A stretch of 45,545 bases of DNA from Candidatus Onthoplasma faecigallinarum (GCA_018715225.1 DVMB01000044.1:1-45545), one strand, 5' to 3'. Numbered from the stretch's first letter, positions 36,875 through 45,545 are shown. The notes: generated by a model not told the origin, from the letters alone. A program made the numbers and translations.

Positions 36875-39454
36875 ATGTTTGAGAGATTAAAAAATAGACT
36901 CAATTTTGTCATTCATGGGTCTACGCTACGAGAAATCCGTAATAGAGAGATAGAAAGCGTCGAGATCCCAAAATCTGTAAAAATAATCGGTCATTCTGCT
37001 TTCATGGGTTGTGAATATTTAACCAGTGTAGAGATTCCTGACACGGTTACCGAAATTGCTGGCTCCGCTTTCATGAATTGCAAGTCTTTAAGAAACATTG
37101 CGATCCCTGAATCTGTAACTAAAATTGACGAATACGCTTTTGCAGCCTCTGGTCTAAGATATATTGATCTACCACGTTCTATTACCGAGATCCATGATGG
37201 AATTTTCTATAACTGTTATAATCTATCCAGCGTTACTATACCAGACGCTATCACTCGTATTGGATCAAAGGCTTTTAGTGGTTGCGAATCTTTGACAGAT
37301 GTTGTTGTACCTACTTCGGTTACCGAGATTGGAGACACTACTTTTAGCGGTTGTAGATCACTAAAGAGTATTGTGATACCTAACTCGGTGAGTATTATTA
37401 AATATAATACTTTTTATGGTTGTGCGAATTTAAGAGACATCGCAATCCCTGACTCAGTTACTGAGATTGAATATAGTGCTTTTTCTGCCTGCAAATCTTT
37501 GACAGATGTTGTGATCCCTGATTCTGTCAAAAAAATTGGGGACTATGCTTTTAGTGAGTGCGAATCTTTGAAAAGTATTGTACTACCTAACTCAATTGAC
37601 AAAATTGATACAGGCACGTTTTATAATTGTCAGTCTCTAACAAGCATTGTTATACCCTCTTCAGTTACAAAAATCAGGTATAAAGCCTTCAATAATTGCT
37701 CATCGTTGACAAGCATTGTGATACCCGATTCGGTTACAGAGATTGAAGACCAAGCGTTTGCTGGCTGTACATCGCTCGAAAATCTCGTCATTCCTGAGAC
37801 TGTAAAGCGTATTGGAGACAAGGCTTTGGATGAATGTTACGCTTTGGATATTACCTTTAATATCGTTAATGATTGTTATTATAATTCTTCTTTGCCAATA
37901 CTCGGCGAGCCATTCACTGCTGTGCTCACAAAAACTGACGACAAATTTACCCTTAGGTTTACGAAAGATAAAGTAACAAATTTAGATAAAAATCAAAAAA
38001 TTATCACCAACCCTTATCTCATTAATTATTATATGCATTTCTTCGATGACAAAAAGACCTTTGACATGTTGAATACGGTCGATAAAGATTATGCAAGATA
38101 TTTGTACACGAAAGATTTTGAAATGCATTGTGATGGTTTACCTGTAGATTACAATGGTATACTTTTCAAAAATATAAAAAGTATCAATAATTTTGTAAAA
38201 GCAATAAAATCTACTGACCCGGGTGCATTTGATACTACTCGTTTAGACAATAAATTTGCCCTATTCAAACTTTGCGAAAACCTTGGCGTACTAAACGACT
38301 TTACCTCCACAGTCGTCTCGACCTCAAAATCAGGAAAAACAAAGACTCAGCAAATCGACTATGCCCAGAAAGCAAGAGAATTTTTAAAGGACAGAATAGC
38401 GGATGGTTCACTACCACTTAGATACTTTAATAGGACCTTTGATAGTATGAAACCTTATGGATTCAAACAAGAGTTTGCAGACTTTTTCCTAAACAAAAAC
38501 AATTTTGAAGAACTAATGGAAGAAGAGCGTCATGAAGATGGATTTATCGCTAGATGTTACAACGAGTTTGAATTAGTTCAATCTACTCACACTTCTCAGC
38601 GAGGAAGCCAACGACAACTTGCCCCTACTGTAGAATATTTCAAACAATATTTTACAAAAAACAAGTTTTCTGGCGTAACTCCTGAAACGCTTAAAATTGC
38701 TACAACCGTATCTCAATATTTCACTAAACAAAAAGATTTCGATAAGGCTGTTGAAATTGATGAAGAACGAAAGAAAAAAAGAATACCAGACAACATCTTG
38801 GGCGATGAAATCATCCAGGAAGAGACCGTATTTGAAAAAGTAGATAGTTTATTGAAAGAAACAAAAAACATCGCTATAGATGCTACCTCTACCCTAGTAG
38901 ATCTAGCCAGTAGAAAATTTACGTACGAATTTTTAAGGAAAAGTGATCCAACAAATTTCGTGTTAGGAAAATTGTGTAGTTGCTGTTCTCACCTAGAAGG
39001 AGCAGGCAACGGAATCATGCATGCAAGTATTGTTCACCCTAATGTGCAAAATATTGTCATACGAGACAAATCGGGAAATATCGTTGCGAAATCTACCCTG
39101 TATGTCAATCGAAAAGAGGGCTATGGAGTATGCAACAATGTTGAGGTCAATATCCATGTCGAAGATGAAGACAAACAATTAATTTATCAAAAATATAAGA
39201 AAGCGATTGAGACCTTTGCAAATAGATACAATAAAAAATATCCAAACAAACCATTAAAAATAATCACTGTAGGCATGCATCTAAATGATTTGAGAAATCA
39301 AATAGAGAGTGAAGATACAAAATCTAAAAAATTATACCATGCCCTAGATTATGGAAAATACGGTTACGATGATTCACATTACAGCGGAGATAGTGGCGAA
39401 TTGCAATATGTTGTGTGGCAAAACACTGATTTGAGTGACGGGCAAACTTTATAG
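36875..39454 (+). CDS. BspA-type LRR protein with conserved unassigned C-terminal module (paralogue 2, 859 aa)
   Basis: 13 LRR units, then the shared C-terminal module. No signal peptide (MFERLKNRLNFVIHG). Confidence 0.85.
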   Translation: MFERLKNRLNFVIHGSTLREIRNREIESVEIPKSVKIIGHSAFMGCEYLTSVEIPDTVTEIAGSAFMNCKSLRNIAIPESVTKIDEYAFAASGLRYIDLPRSITEIHDGIFYNCYNLSSVTIPDAITRIGSKAFSGCESLTDVVVPTSVTEIGDTTFSGCRSLKSIVIPNSVSIIKYNTFYGCANLRDIAIPDSVTEIEYSAFSACKSLTDVVIPDSVKKIGDYAFSECESLKSIVLPNSIDKIDTGTFYNCQSLTSIVIPSSVTKIRYKAFNNCSSLTSIVIPDSVTEIEDQAFAGCTSLENLVIPETVKRIGDKALDECYALDITFNIVNDCYYNSSLPILGEPFTAVLTKTDDKFTLRFTKDKVTNLDKNQKIITNPYLINYYMHFFDDKKTFDMLNTVDKDYARYLYTKDFEMHCDGLPVDYNGILFKNIKSINNFVKAIKSTDPGAFDTTRLDNKFALFKLCENLGVLNDFTSTVVSTSKSGKTKTQQIDYAQKAREFLKDRIADGSLPLRYFNRTFDSMKPYGFKQEFADFFLNKNNFEELMEEERHEDGFIARCYNEFELVQSTHTSQRGSQRQLAPTVEYFKQYFTKNKFSGVTPETLKIATTVSQYFTKQKDFDKAVEIDEERKKKRIPDNILGDEIIQEETVFEKVDSLLKETKNIAIDATSTLVDLASRKFTYEFLRKSDPTNFVLGKLCSCCSHLEGAGNGIMHASIVHPNVQNIVIRDKSGNIVAKSTLYVNRKEGYGVCNNVEVNIHVEDEDKQLIYQKYKKAIETFANRYNKKYPNKPLKIITVGMHLNDLRNQIESEDTKSKKLYHALDYGKYGYDDSHYSGDSGELQYVVWQNTDLSDGQTL
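36965..37858 (+). repeat. LRR coding repeat array (13 units)
   Basis: Units counted in the translation; unit 3 is 22 aa. Confidence 0.8.
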
Positions 39455-39473
39455 GGAAAACAAAAATAAAAAA

Positions 39474-39548
39474 ATGATTTCTAACTAGACATAACGACAT
39501 CTTGGACGAGCAAATCAAAATAAATAAAAACAAGCATCTAGACTTATA
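39474..39548 (+). pseudogene. decayed 5' remnant of the coiled-coil gene found intact at 45404
   Basis: tttctaactagacataacgacatcttggacgagcaaatcaaaataaa aligns with ttttaactagatataacgagatcttagacgagcagatcaaaataaa at 45421 onward. The homologous frame has no start and stops after ~23 codons (FLTRHNDILDEQIKINK...). Confidence 0.6.
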
Positions 39549-39575
39549 GGCTTTTTAACTTAACAAATTAGACTG

Positions 39576-39606
39576 AAAAAGATAGTATATCCGCTATCTT
39601 TTTTGT
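39576..39606 (+). terminator. rho-independent terminator
   Basis: aaaagatag-tatatccg-ctatctttt followed by a T-run. Confidence 0.65.
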
Positions 39607-39694
39607 TTGCTCTTTCGCTATAAATTGTCCATTCTATTCTCTTTTTCCTTTAGTTATGTTACAAAATAAATTGACTTGCAATTTACCCTTAAGA

Positions 39695-39723
39695 TTGACA
39701 ATTTGCCTCATATGTGATAGTAT
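39695..39723 (+). promoter_or_regulatory. candidate sigma-A promoter of LRR paralogue 3
   Basis: TTGACA, a 17-nt spacer (ending atatgtga), then TAGTAT. Confidence 0.5.
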
Positions 39724-39741
39724 ATTTCTATAAGGAGAATT

Positions 39742-42700
39742 ATGGCTGACAACGATAATTTAATAATCATAGGAAATAATCTAGTAGGAGTTCGCAATAT
39801 TAATGTGTCCAAGATAAAAATTCCTGATTATGTTACCAATATTGATGATCATGCGTTTTATGGATGCTATTATCTAGCGGAGGTTGTCATCCCAAAGTCT
39901 GTCACTAGGATTGGGAATCGTGCTTTTTTAGATTGCTCGTCTTTAAGAGAACTAGTTATCCCCGATTCAGTTACCCAAATTGACGAATATGCTTTTTGTA
40001 GATGTGCCTCTCTAAGCAGTGTTGTTTTACCCAATTCAATTACTAGGATCGACGAGGGTCTTTTTAAAGAATGTAGTTTACTTACTCATGTCGTTATACC
40101 TAATTCGGTAGTTAGTATTGAACCTTATGCCTTTGAAGAATGTCTAAATTTAACAAATATAACTATTCCAAATTCGGTTAAAGAGATCGCTACCTCTGCT
40201 TTTCGTGGTTGCTCTTCTCTAGTCAATATCAATATCCCAAATTCAGTTACCACCATTGGCGAAAGAGCTTTTAGCGGGTGCAGGGCTTTGACTAGTATTG
40301 AGATCCCTCAATCAGTTACAGAACTTGGGGAAGAAGTTTTTGCTAGCTGTGTATCTCTAACAGACGTTTCTTTACCCAACTCAATCAAAACAATCAACCA
40401 GTTCACTTTCGCTGGATGTACTTCGCTATATAGAATTGTCATTCCTAGTTCGGTTACAAATATTGAGAAAGGGGGGTTTTCTCGCTGCTGGTCGTTAGAG
40501 GATATTGTCATTCCAAACTCAGTTACTAATATAGGTGAAAGTGCTTTTCAACACTGTGCAACACTAGCTAGCATTGCCCTGCCCAATTCCATAACTAAGA
40601 TTGAAACTAATCTCTTTGAGCATTGCATATCGCTACGTAATGTCGTTATTCCTGATTCCGTTACCAGCATTGGAAGTGGGGCTTTCGGCGGTTGTTCGGC
40701 ATTAACCAATATCGACATTCCAAACTCGGTTACGAAAATTTATACTTTTGCGTTTGAAGAATGCACGGCTTTAACCAGCATTGTCATTCCAGATTCTGTT
40801 ACTGAAATTTACAATTTTGTTTTCCGTAATTGTTCGTCTCTAAATAATGTGGTTTTGCCAAATACGCTTAAAGCCATTGGCTATGGTGCATTTACTAAGT
40901 GCACTGCCCTAACATCAATCGTCATACCTAATTCAGTTACAAGCATTGAAATGGAGACGTTTTACGGCTGTTCGTCACTAACTCATGTGACCATCCCTAA
41001 TTCTATTACTGAGATTAGTGCTTCAACATTCGCTCAATGCACTGCTCTAAAAAACATCATTATTCCAGACTCGGTAGCCATCATTGATGCCAATGCTTTT
41101 TCAAACTGCACATCTTTGACTAATATTACCATTCCGTCGTCAGTTAATGAAATTGGTTTATATGCATTTGGTGGTTGTTCGTCGCTAACAGACGTCGTCA
41201 TCTCTAGTTCAAATACCCATATTTCTTCAAATGCGTTCATAGGTTGTTCATCTCTAAATAATATCAAAATTCATATAGACAACAACAATTATTCAATGGT
41301 CAAAAATTTAGTTGGAGTGTTATCTTTTGATCACGCTAGGCTAACCAAGACCAAAGATGGATTTGACCTTGAGTTGTCAAAAGATGAACTAACTGCTACG
41401 AATAAAGACCAAAGATGTATCGACAATCCATTTTTGCTGAACTATTATATAAAGTTTTTTAATGATGAGAGAAAACTCTCCGCTCTAGATAGAATTGACT
41501 CTGGGTTCTCAAAATACTTTTTTGATAGAGAAATATCAATGAGGTCAGCCGATGAAGAGATTGACCCCAATGCTTTTTCAAAATACAATTTGAAGAGCAT
41601 AAACAATCTATTGAAAGCAATCAAAGGTAATAGCGACCATATATTCAACACAGCACAGGACGAATACGATTTCTTCAAACTTTGCGAGAATTTAGGGGTA
41701 TTGAACGTCTCTCCTACCACAATTAAGACGATTTCAAAATCTGGCAATGAAATAACCCAAACCATTGACTACTCACAGAAAGCAAGGGAATTTTTAAAGG
41801 ACAGAATTTTAGAGGGAACGCTGTCCATTGAACAAATACATGCCATGTTTGACAGCATGAAGATAGACGGGTTCAAGCAAGGTTTTGCGGACTTTTTCTT
41901 GAATAAAAACAATTTCAATGAATTAATGGCTGAGGAACGAAATCAGTCAGGCTTTATTGCCAGATGTTACAATGAGTTTGAAATGGTACAGTTTGCTCAC
42001 ACTTCTCAGCGTGGAAACCAAAGACAACTCGCCCCCACTGTAGAATTTTTCAAAGACTACTTCATATCTAGCAAATTCCAAGGCGTAACTCAAGAGACAA
42101 GGAAAATCGCTGAAGCTATTTCTCCATATTTTTCTCAGCAAAAAGATTTTGGAAACGCTGTCAAAATTGATCAAGAAAGACAAGAAAACGACACTCCTGA
42201 CAACATATTGGGAGATGAAGTGATTCGTGAAGAGGGCGTGTTTGAAAAAGTAGATAGTTTGTTAAAATCAACCAAAGACATCTCTATTGACACCACCGCT
42301 ACCCTAGTCGATTTAGCGAATAGAAAATTTACGTTTGAGTTATTGAATAAAAGTGATCCAATTAATTTCGTACTGGGGAAATTGTGTTCTTGTTGTGCTC
42401 ACCTCGAGGGTGCAGGCAACGGAATCATGCGTGCCAGCATTGTCCACCCTGACGTACAAAACATTGTTATACGAGACAAAACTGGAAAAATTGTTGCAAA
42501 ATCTACGCTCTACGTCAACCGAGAAGAGGGATATGCTGTATGTAACAATGTAGAAGTCAACAGCAATGTAGACGATGAGGACTATAAATTAATTTATCTA
42601 AAATTTAAAAAAGCGGTCAAAACTTTTGCTGAAAAATATAACGCAAAATATCCGGACAAACCATTGAAGATAATCACTGTAGGTATGCATCTAAACGATT

Positions 42701-42861
42701 TGAGCGATGAAATCAAAGAAAGCGATGACCAATCGACAATATTATATCAAGCACTTGATTATGGAAAGTATGCTTACGATGGCTCAAGTTACAGCGGAGA
42801 CAGTAGCCAATCTCAATATATCGTATGGGAAACTGACAAAACTGATGGACAGACTATATAA
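39742..42861 (+). CDS. BspA-type LRR protein with conserved unassigned C-terminal module (paralogue 3, 1039 aa)
   Basis: 21 LRR units, then the shared module. AAGGAG RBS. No signal peptide (MADNDNLIIIG). Confidence 0.85.
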   Translation: MADNDNLIIIGNNLVGVRNINVSKIKIPDYVTNIDDHAFYGCYYLAEVVIPKSVTRIGNRAFLDCSSLRELVIPDSVTQIDEYAFCRCASLSSVVLPNSITRIDEGLFKECSLLTHVVIPNSVVSIEPYAFEECLNLTNITIPNSVKEIATSAFRGCSSLVNINIPNSVTTIGERAFSGCRALTSIEIPQSVTELGEEVFASCVSLTDVSLPNSIKTINQFTFAGCTSLYRIVIPSSVTNIEKGGFSRCWSLEDIVIPNSVTNIGESAFQHCATLASIALPNSITKIETNLFEHCISLRNVVIPDSVTSIGSGAFGGCSALTNIDIPNSVTKIYTFAFEECTALTSIVIPDSVTEIYNFVFRNCSSLNNVVLPNTLKAIGYGAFTKCTALTSIVIPNSVTSIEMETFYGCSSLTHVTIPNSITEISASTFAQCTALKNIIIPDSVAIIDANAFSNCTSLTNITIPSSVNEIGLYAFGGCSSLTDVVISSSNTHISSNAFIGCSSLNNIKIHIDNNNYSMVKNLVGVLSFDHARLTKTKDGFDLELSKDELTATNKDQRCIDNPFLLNYYIKFFNDERKLSALDRIDSGFSKYFFDREISMRSADEEIDPNAFSKYNLKSINNLLKAIKGNSDHIFNTAQDEYDFFKLCENLGVLNVSPTTIKTISKSGNEITQTIDYSQKAREFLKDRILEGTLSIEQIHAMFDSMKIDGFKQGFADFFLNKNNFNELMAEERNQSGFIARCYNEFEMVQFAHTSQRGNQRQLAPTVEFFKDYFISSKFQGVTQETRKIAEAISPYFSQQKDFGNAVKIDQERQENDTPDNILGDEVIREEGVFEKVDSLLKSTKDISIDTTATLVDLANRKFTFELLNKSDPINFVLGKLCSCCAHLEGAGNGIMRASIVHPDVQNIVIRDKTGKIVAKSTLYVNREEGYAVCNNVEVNSNVDDEDYKLIYLKFKKAVKTFAEKYNAKYPDKPLKIITVGMHLNDLSDEIKESDDQSTILYQALDYGKYAYDGSSYSGDSSQSQYIVWETDKTDGQTI
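39820..41268 (+). repeat. LRR coding repeat array (21 units)
   Basis: Units counted in the translation. Confidence 0.8.
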
Positions 42862-43023
42862 AGATAAATAAATTCAATATTTTATATAAATTATGATATT
42901 AAAATCAATTTTAAAATCTCTTCGGCTTTCTACTAAGCAATAAATATAAAATAACTATACTAAATTCTTATAATCACGGAGGGATCATGAATGATTTAGT
43001 TTATTTAGCAATAGTTTATAAAT

Positions 43024-43052
43024 TTGACAGAATTGTACATCTATGTTAAAAT
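43024..43052 (+). promoter_or_regulatory. candidate sigma-A promoter of LRR paralogue 4
   Basis: TTGACA, a 17-nt spacer, then TAAAAT. Confidence 0.55.
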
Positions 43053-43074
43053 TGATTTAGCTAAAGGAGAAAAT

Positions 43075-45393
43075 ATGGCTGATTACGATGATAATCTAAT
43101 CATTGAGGGCACTACCCTAGTTGGTATTAATATTCACAAACCAAAACTGAATGTCGTTATCCCTGATTTTGTTACGTCCATAGCCAATCAAGCCTTTACT
43201 GGTTGTAATATGGTGAATAACATTACTATTCCTAACTCAGTTACAAGTATTGGGGATATGGCTTTTAGGGGTTGCACCTCTCTTACCAACATAGTTATTC
43301 CAGATTCAGTTACCAGCATTGGTTGGGGGGCTTTCAGCGACTGCATCTCGCTAAGAGACATTACCCTTCCTAATTCAATTACCAGCGTTAAAAATTTCAC
43401 TTTCCATATGTGTGGTGCTTTAAAAAACATTGTTATACCCTCCTCAGTTACAGAAATTGGTGCTAATGCTTTTGATGGCTGTACCTCGCTCACTAGTATC
43501 GTCATTCCAGATTCTGTTACTAGCCTTGGTCATTCTGCATTTTATAATTGCTCGTCTCTTAGAGAAATCATTATTCCTAACTCTATTACTGCCATTAGTA
43601 ATCTAACTTTTTGGGGTTGCAATTCTCTCAACAAGGTCGTAATTCCAAACTCTGTTACTACAATTGGAGAGAGCGCATTCTTTGATTGTACTTCACTGAC
43701 TGAGATTGTTATCCCTAGTTCTGTTACAAATATTGCTGATGAAGTATTCCGTTCTTGCGATAACTTAAAAAAAGTTAGATACTATTTACCCAATGGCATT
43801 TATCATAACATTGCAGAAGCATTCAATGTCGGCGGGAATCGATTTTCTCCTGAGATTTCCTATGCTATTCTCACCAAAACCGCAGACGGGTTTATCCTTG
43901 ATATGTCAGCAGATGAACTTGAAGTTACAAATAGGAATCAAAGGAAAGTCAATAATGTTTCTTTAATCAATTATTATATCAAGTTTTTTGATGATGAGAA
44001 GAAACTAGATGCTTTAGATAAAATTGACCCAGAATTTGCTGATCTTATAGATATCAATAATTTAGAAAAAATAAGGAATTGTCATATGCAATATGATGAT
44101 ATTGATTATGATGCAGTTTTCAATTATAACATAAAAAGTTGGAACAATTTGTCAAAAGTTAGCAATCTTGAATGTCAATTCATGTTTAATGTTAGTGATT
44201 TCTTCAAACTTTGCAACAATCTTGGAGTGTTAAATTCTAGTCCAACCGTAGTTAAATCAATCTCAAAATCTGGCAATGAAAAAACTCAACAAATAGACTA
44301 CTCTCAAAAGGCAAGAGAATTTTTAAAAGATAGATTTTTAGACGGATCTTTATCAATTGACAAAATGCATTCCATGTTTGACAGTATGCTTCCGCTTGGA
44401 TTCAAGCAAGAGTTCGCCGACTTCTTCCTAAACAAGAAAATTTTTGAAGAATTGATGGTACAGGAAAGAGCCGAATCTGGCTTTATCGCTAGGTGCTACA
44501 ATGAATTTGAAAAGGTTCAGGCTGCACACACAAGCCAGCGTGGAAGCCAAAGACAACTCGCCCCTACTGTCGAATTCTTCAAACAATACTTTTTAGAAAA
44601 CAAATTTGAAGGAGTGACAAGCGAAACAGAGGCAATCGCTAAAACCATATCTCCGTATTATTCTAAGCAAGAAGATTTTGACAAAGCCGTACAAATTGAT
44701 CAAGAAAGACGAGAAAAAAACATTCCTGACAACATCTTAGGCGAGGAAACCATACAAGAACAGACTGTGTTTGAAAAGGTAGATAGTTTATTGAAAGAGA
44801 CAAAAGAAGTCTCAATAGACACCACCTCTACCCTAGTAGATCTGGCGAATAGAAGATTCACTTACGAATTTTTGAGTAAAAGTGATCCTATTAATTTTGT
44901 ACTTGGGAAATTGTGCAGTTGTTGTGCCCACCTAGAGGGTGCAGGTAACGGAATCATGCGTGCCAGCATTGTTCACCCTGACGTGCAAAACATTGTCATT
45001 CGAGACAAAAATGGAGTAATAGTTGCGAAATCTACTCTATACGTCAACCGAGCAGAAGGTTACGGCGTGTGTAACAATGTCGAGGTGAATAATAATGTCA
45101 GTGATGAAGACGCAGAACTGATATACAAAAAATTCAAGAAAGCAGTTGAGACATTCGCAGAAAAATATAACGTCAAATATCCAGACAAACCATTGAAGAT
45201 AATAACTGTAGGCATGAACCTAAACGACTTATCTTCACAAATCACTAAAAACGATAGACAATCTAATGAATTATATCAAGCATTGAATTATGGTACCTAT
45301 GCTTATAGCGGTTCGGGATACAACGGAGATAGCAAAAATTCGCAATATGTCGTATGGGAAAACACAGATTTGACAGATGGTCAAACTTTATAA
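43075..45393 (+). CDS. BspA-type LRR protein with conserved unassigned C-terminal module (paralogue 4, 772 aa)
   Basis: 9 LRR units, then the shared module. The start was trimmed to MADYDDNLIIEG (AAGGAG RBS). Confidence 0.85.
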   Translation: MADYDDNLIIEGTTLVGINIHKPKLNVVIPDFVTSIANQAFTGCNMVNNITIPNSVTSIGDMAFRGCTSLTNIVIPDSVTSIGWGAFSDCISLRDITLPNSITSVKNFTFHMCGALKNIVIPSSVTEIGANAFDGCTSLTSIVIPDSVTSLGHSAFYNCSSLREIIIPNSITAISNLTFWGCNSLNKVVIPNSVTTIGESAFFDCTSLTEIVIPSSVTNIADEVFRSCDNLKKVRYYLPNGIYHNIAEAFNVGGNRFSPEISYAILTKTADGFILDMSADELEVTNRNQRKVNNVSLINYYIKFFDDEKKLDALDKIDPEFADLIDINNLEKIRNCHMQYDDIDYDAVFNYNIKSWNNLSKVSNLECQFMFNVSDFFKLCNNLGVLNSSPTVVKSISKSGNEKTQQIDYSQKAREFLKDRFLDGSLSIDKMHSMFDSMLPLGFKQEFADFFLNKKIFEELMVQERAESGFIARCYNEFEKVQAAHTSQRGSQRQLAPTVEFFKQYFLENKFEGVTSETEAIAKTISPYYSKQEDFDKAVQIDQERREKNIPDNILGEETIQEQTVFEKVDSLLKETKEVSIDTTSTLVDLANRRFTYEFLSKSDPINFVLGKLCSCCAHLEGAGNGIMRASIVHPDVQNIVIRDKNGVIVAKSTLYVNRAEGYGVCNNVEVNNNVSDEDAELIYKKFKKAVETFAEKYNVKYPDKPLKIITVGMNLNDLSSQITKNDRQSNELYQALNYGTYAYSGSGYNGDSKNSQYVVWENTDLTDGQTL
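43159..43779 (+). repeat. LRR coding repeat array (9 units)
   Basis: Units counted in the translation. Confidence 0.8.
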
Positions 45394-45403
45394 GGGGGAT
45401 AAA

Positions 45404-45545
45404 ATGGAAAAAGTAGACAATTTTTTAACTAGATATAACGAGATCTTAGACGAGCAGATCAAAATAAACAAGATGATCAACAAAGCCGAGCAGACAATTG
45501 AAAAATTAAAAGTGCAATACAAGTCTGCTGACATGAAAGAAAAAG
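45404..45545 (+). CDS. hypothetical coiled-coil-like protein (partial, continues beyond the window)
   Basis: ATG lies 10 nt after the paralogue 4 stop, with a GGGGGA RBS. Translation is MEKVDNFLTRYNEILDEQIKINKMINKAEQTIEKLKVQYKSADMKEK. Confidence 0.55.
   Translation, partial: MEKVDNFLTRYNEILDEQIKINKMINKAEQTIEKLKVQYKSADMKEK

Noticed and set aside
38320-38345. Walker-A-like STSKSGKTKT in LRR paralogue 2, hinting at an NTPase (NLR-like) core
   Set aside because: The Lys-Thr is not conserved in the other three paralogues (SKSGNKK, SKSGNEIT, SKSGNEKT) and the leading Gly is missing. There is no Walker B candidate.
42989-43051. 20-aa ORF (MNDLVYLAIVYKFDRIVHLC) with a GGAGGG RBS upstream of LRR paralogue 4
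   Set aside because: It is too short to support and overlaps the predicted promoter of paralogue 4. It has no counterpart upstream of the other paralogues.
34649-43505. Minus-strand 60-125-aa ORFs inside the LRR genes (e.g. 34649..34858, 34970..35209, 36258..36635, 37630..37821, 40308..40511, 41034..41267, 43188..43505)
   Set aside because: These are shadow frames of the periodic LRR coding repeats and the AT-rich module. They recur at equivalent positions because the sense sequence is repeated.

Overview
AT-rich (about one-third GC by eye) chromosomal segment from a low-GC, spore-forming Firmicute; SpoIVB, a PdaB-like deacetylase and a BclA-like collagen protein are present. There is no rRNA and no CRISPR array. 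All coordinates of small motifs were counted by hand and may be off by 1-2 nt.

Layout:
- 1..~7070: an integrated plasmid-like element next to tRNA-Glu. It carries a tyrosine integrase, an XRE repressor, a RepA_N-type initiator and four membrane-anchored cargo genes.
- 7071..25851: housekeeping genes and tRNAs. These are tRNA-Glu, tRNA-Met and tRNA-Gly, then ogt, a sugar nucleotidyltransferase, a collagen-like protein, pflB-pflA, spoIVB, rpsO, pnp, a deacetylase, ftsK and tRNA-Leu.
- 25852..27623: a small degraded island. It holds a gene frameshifted at an A9 run, an IS1182-type transposase remnant and a short GNAT.
- 27631..33660: an ECF-S/DUF1893 pair, two unknowns, and an S1-domain protein, plsC and a flavoprotein.
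- 33822..45545: the most interesting part. Four tandem paralogues (977, 859, 1039 and 772 aa) each have their own promoter. Each fuses a variable array of BspA-type 23-aa leucine-rich repeats (18, 13, 21 and 9 units) to a conserved ~510-aa C-terminal module. I cannot assign that module to any family. It has an invariant CxCCxH-containing motif. None of the four has a signal peptide, TM segment or wall anchor.

Other notable observations:
- Two tRNA-like acceptor/T-arm minihelices with covarying outer stems lie in the ~300-nt leader of the mobile element's leftward operon.
- A 16-nt stretch of that leader is complementary to the repressor gene's RBS.
- A perfect 44-nt duplication of the 5' half of tRNA-Leu sits upstream of the intact gene, which by alignment carries an unusual AAG (A34) anticodon.
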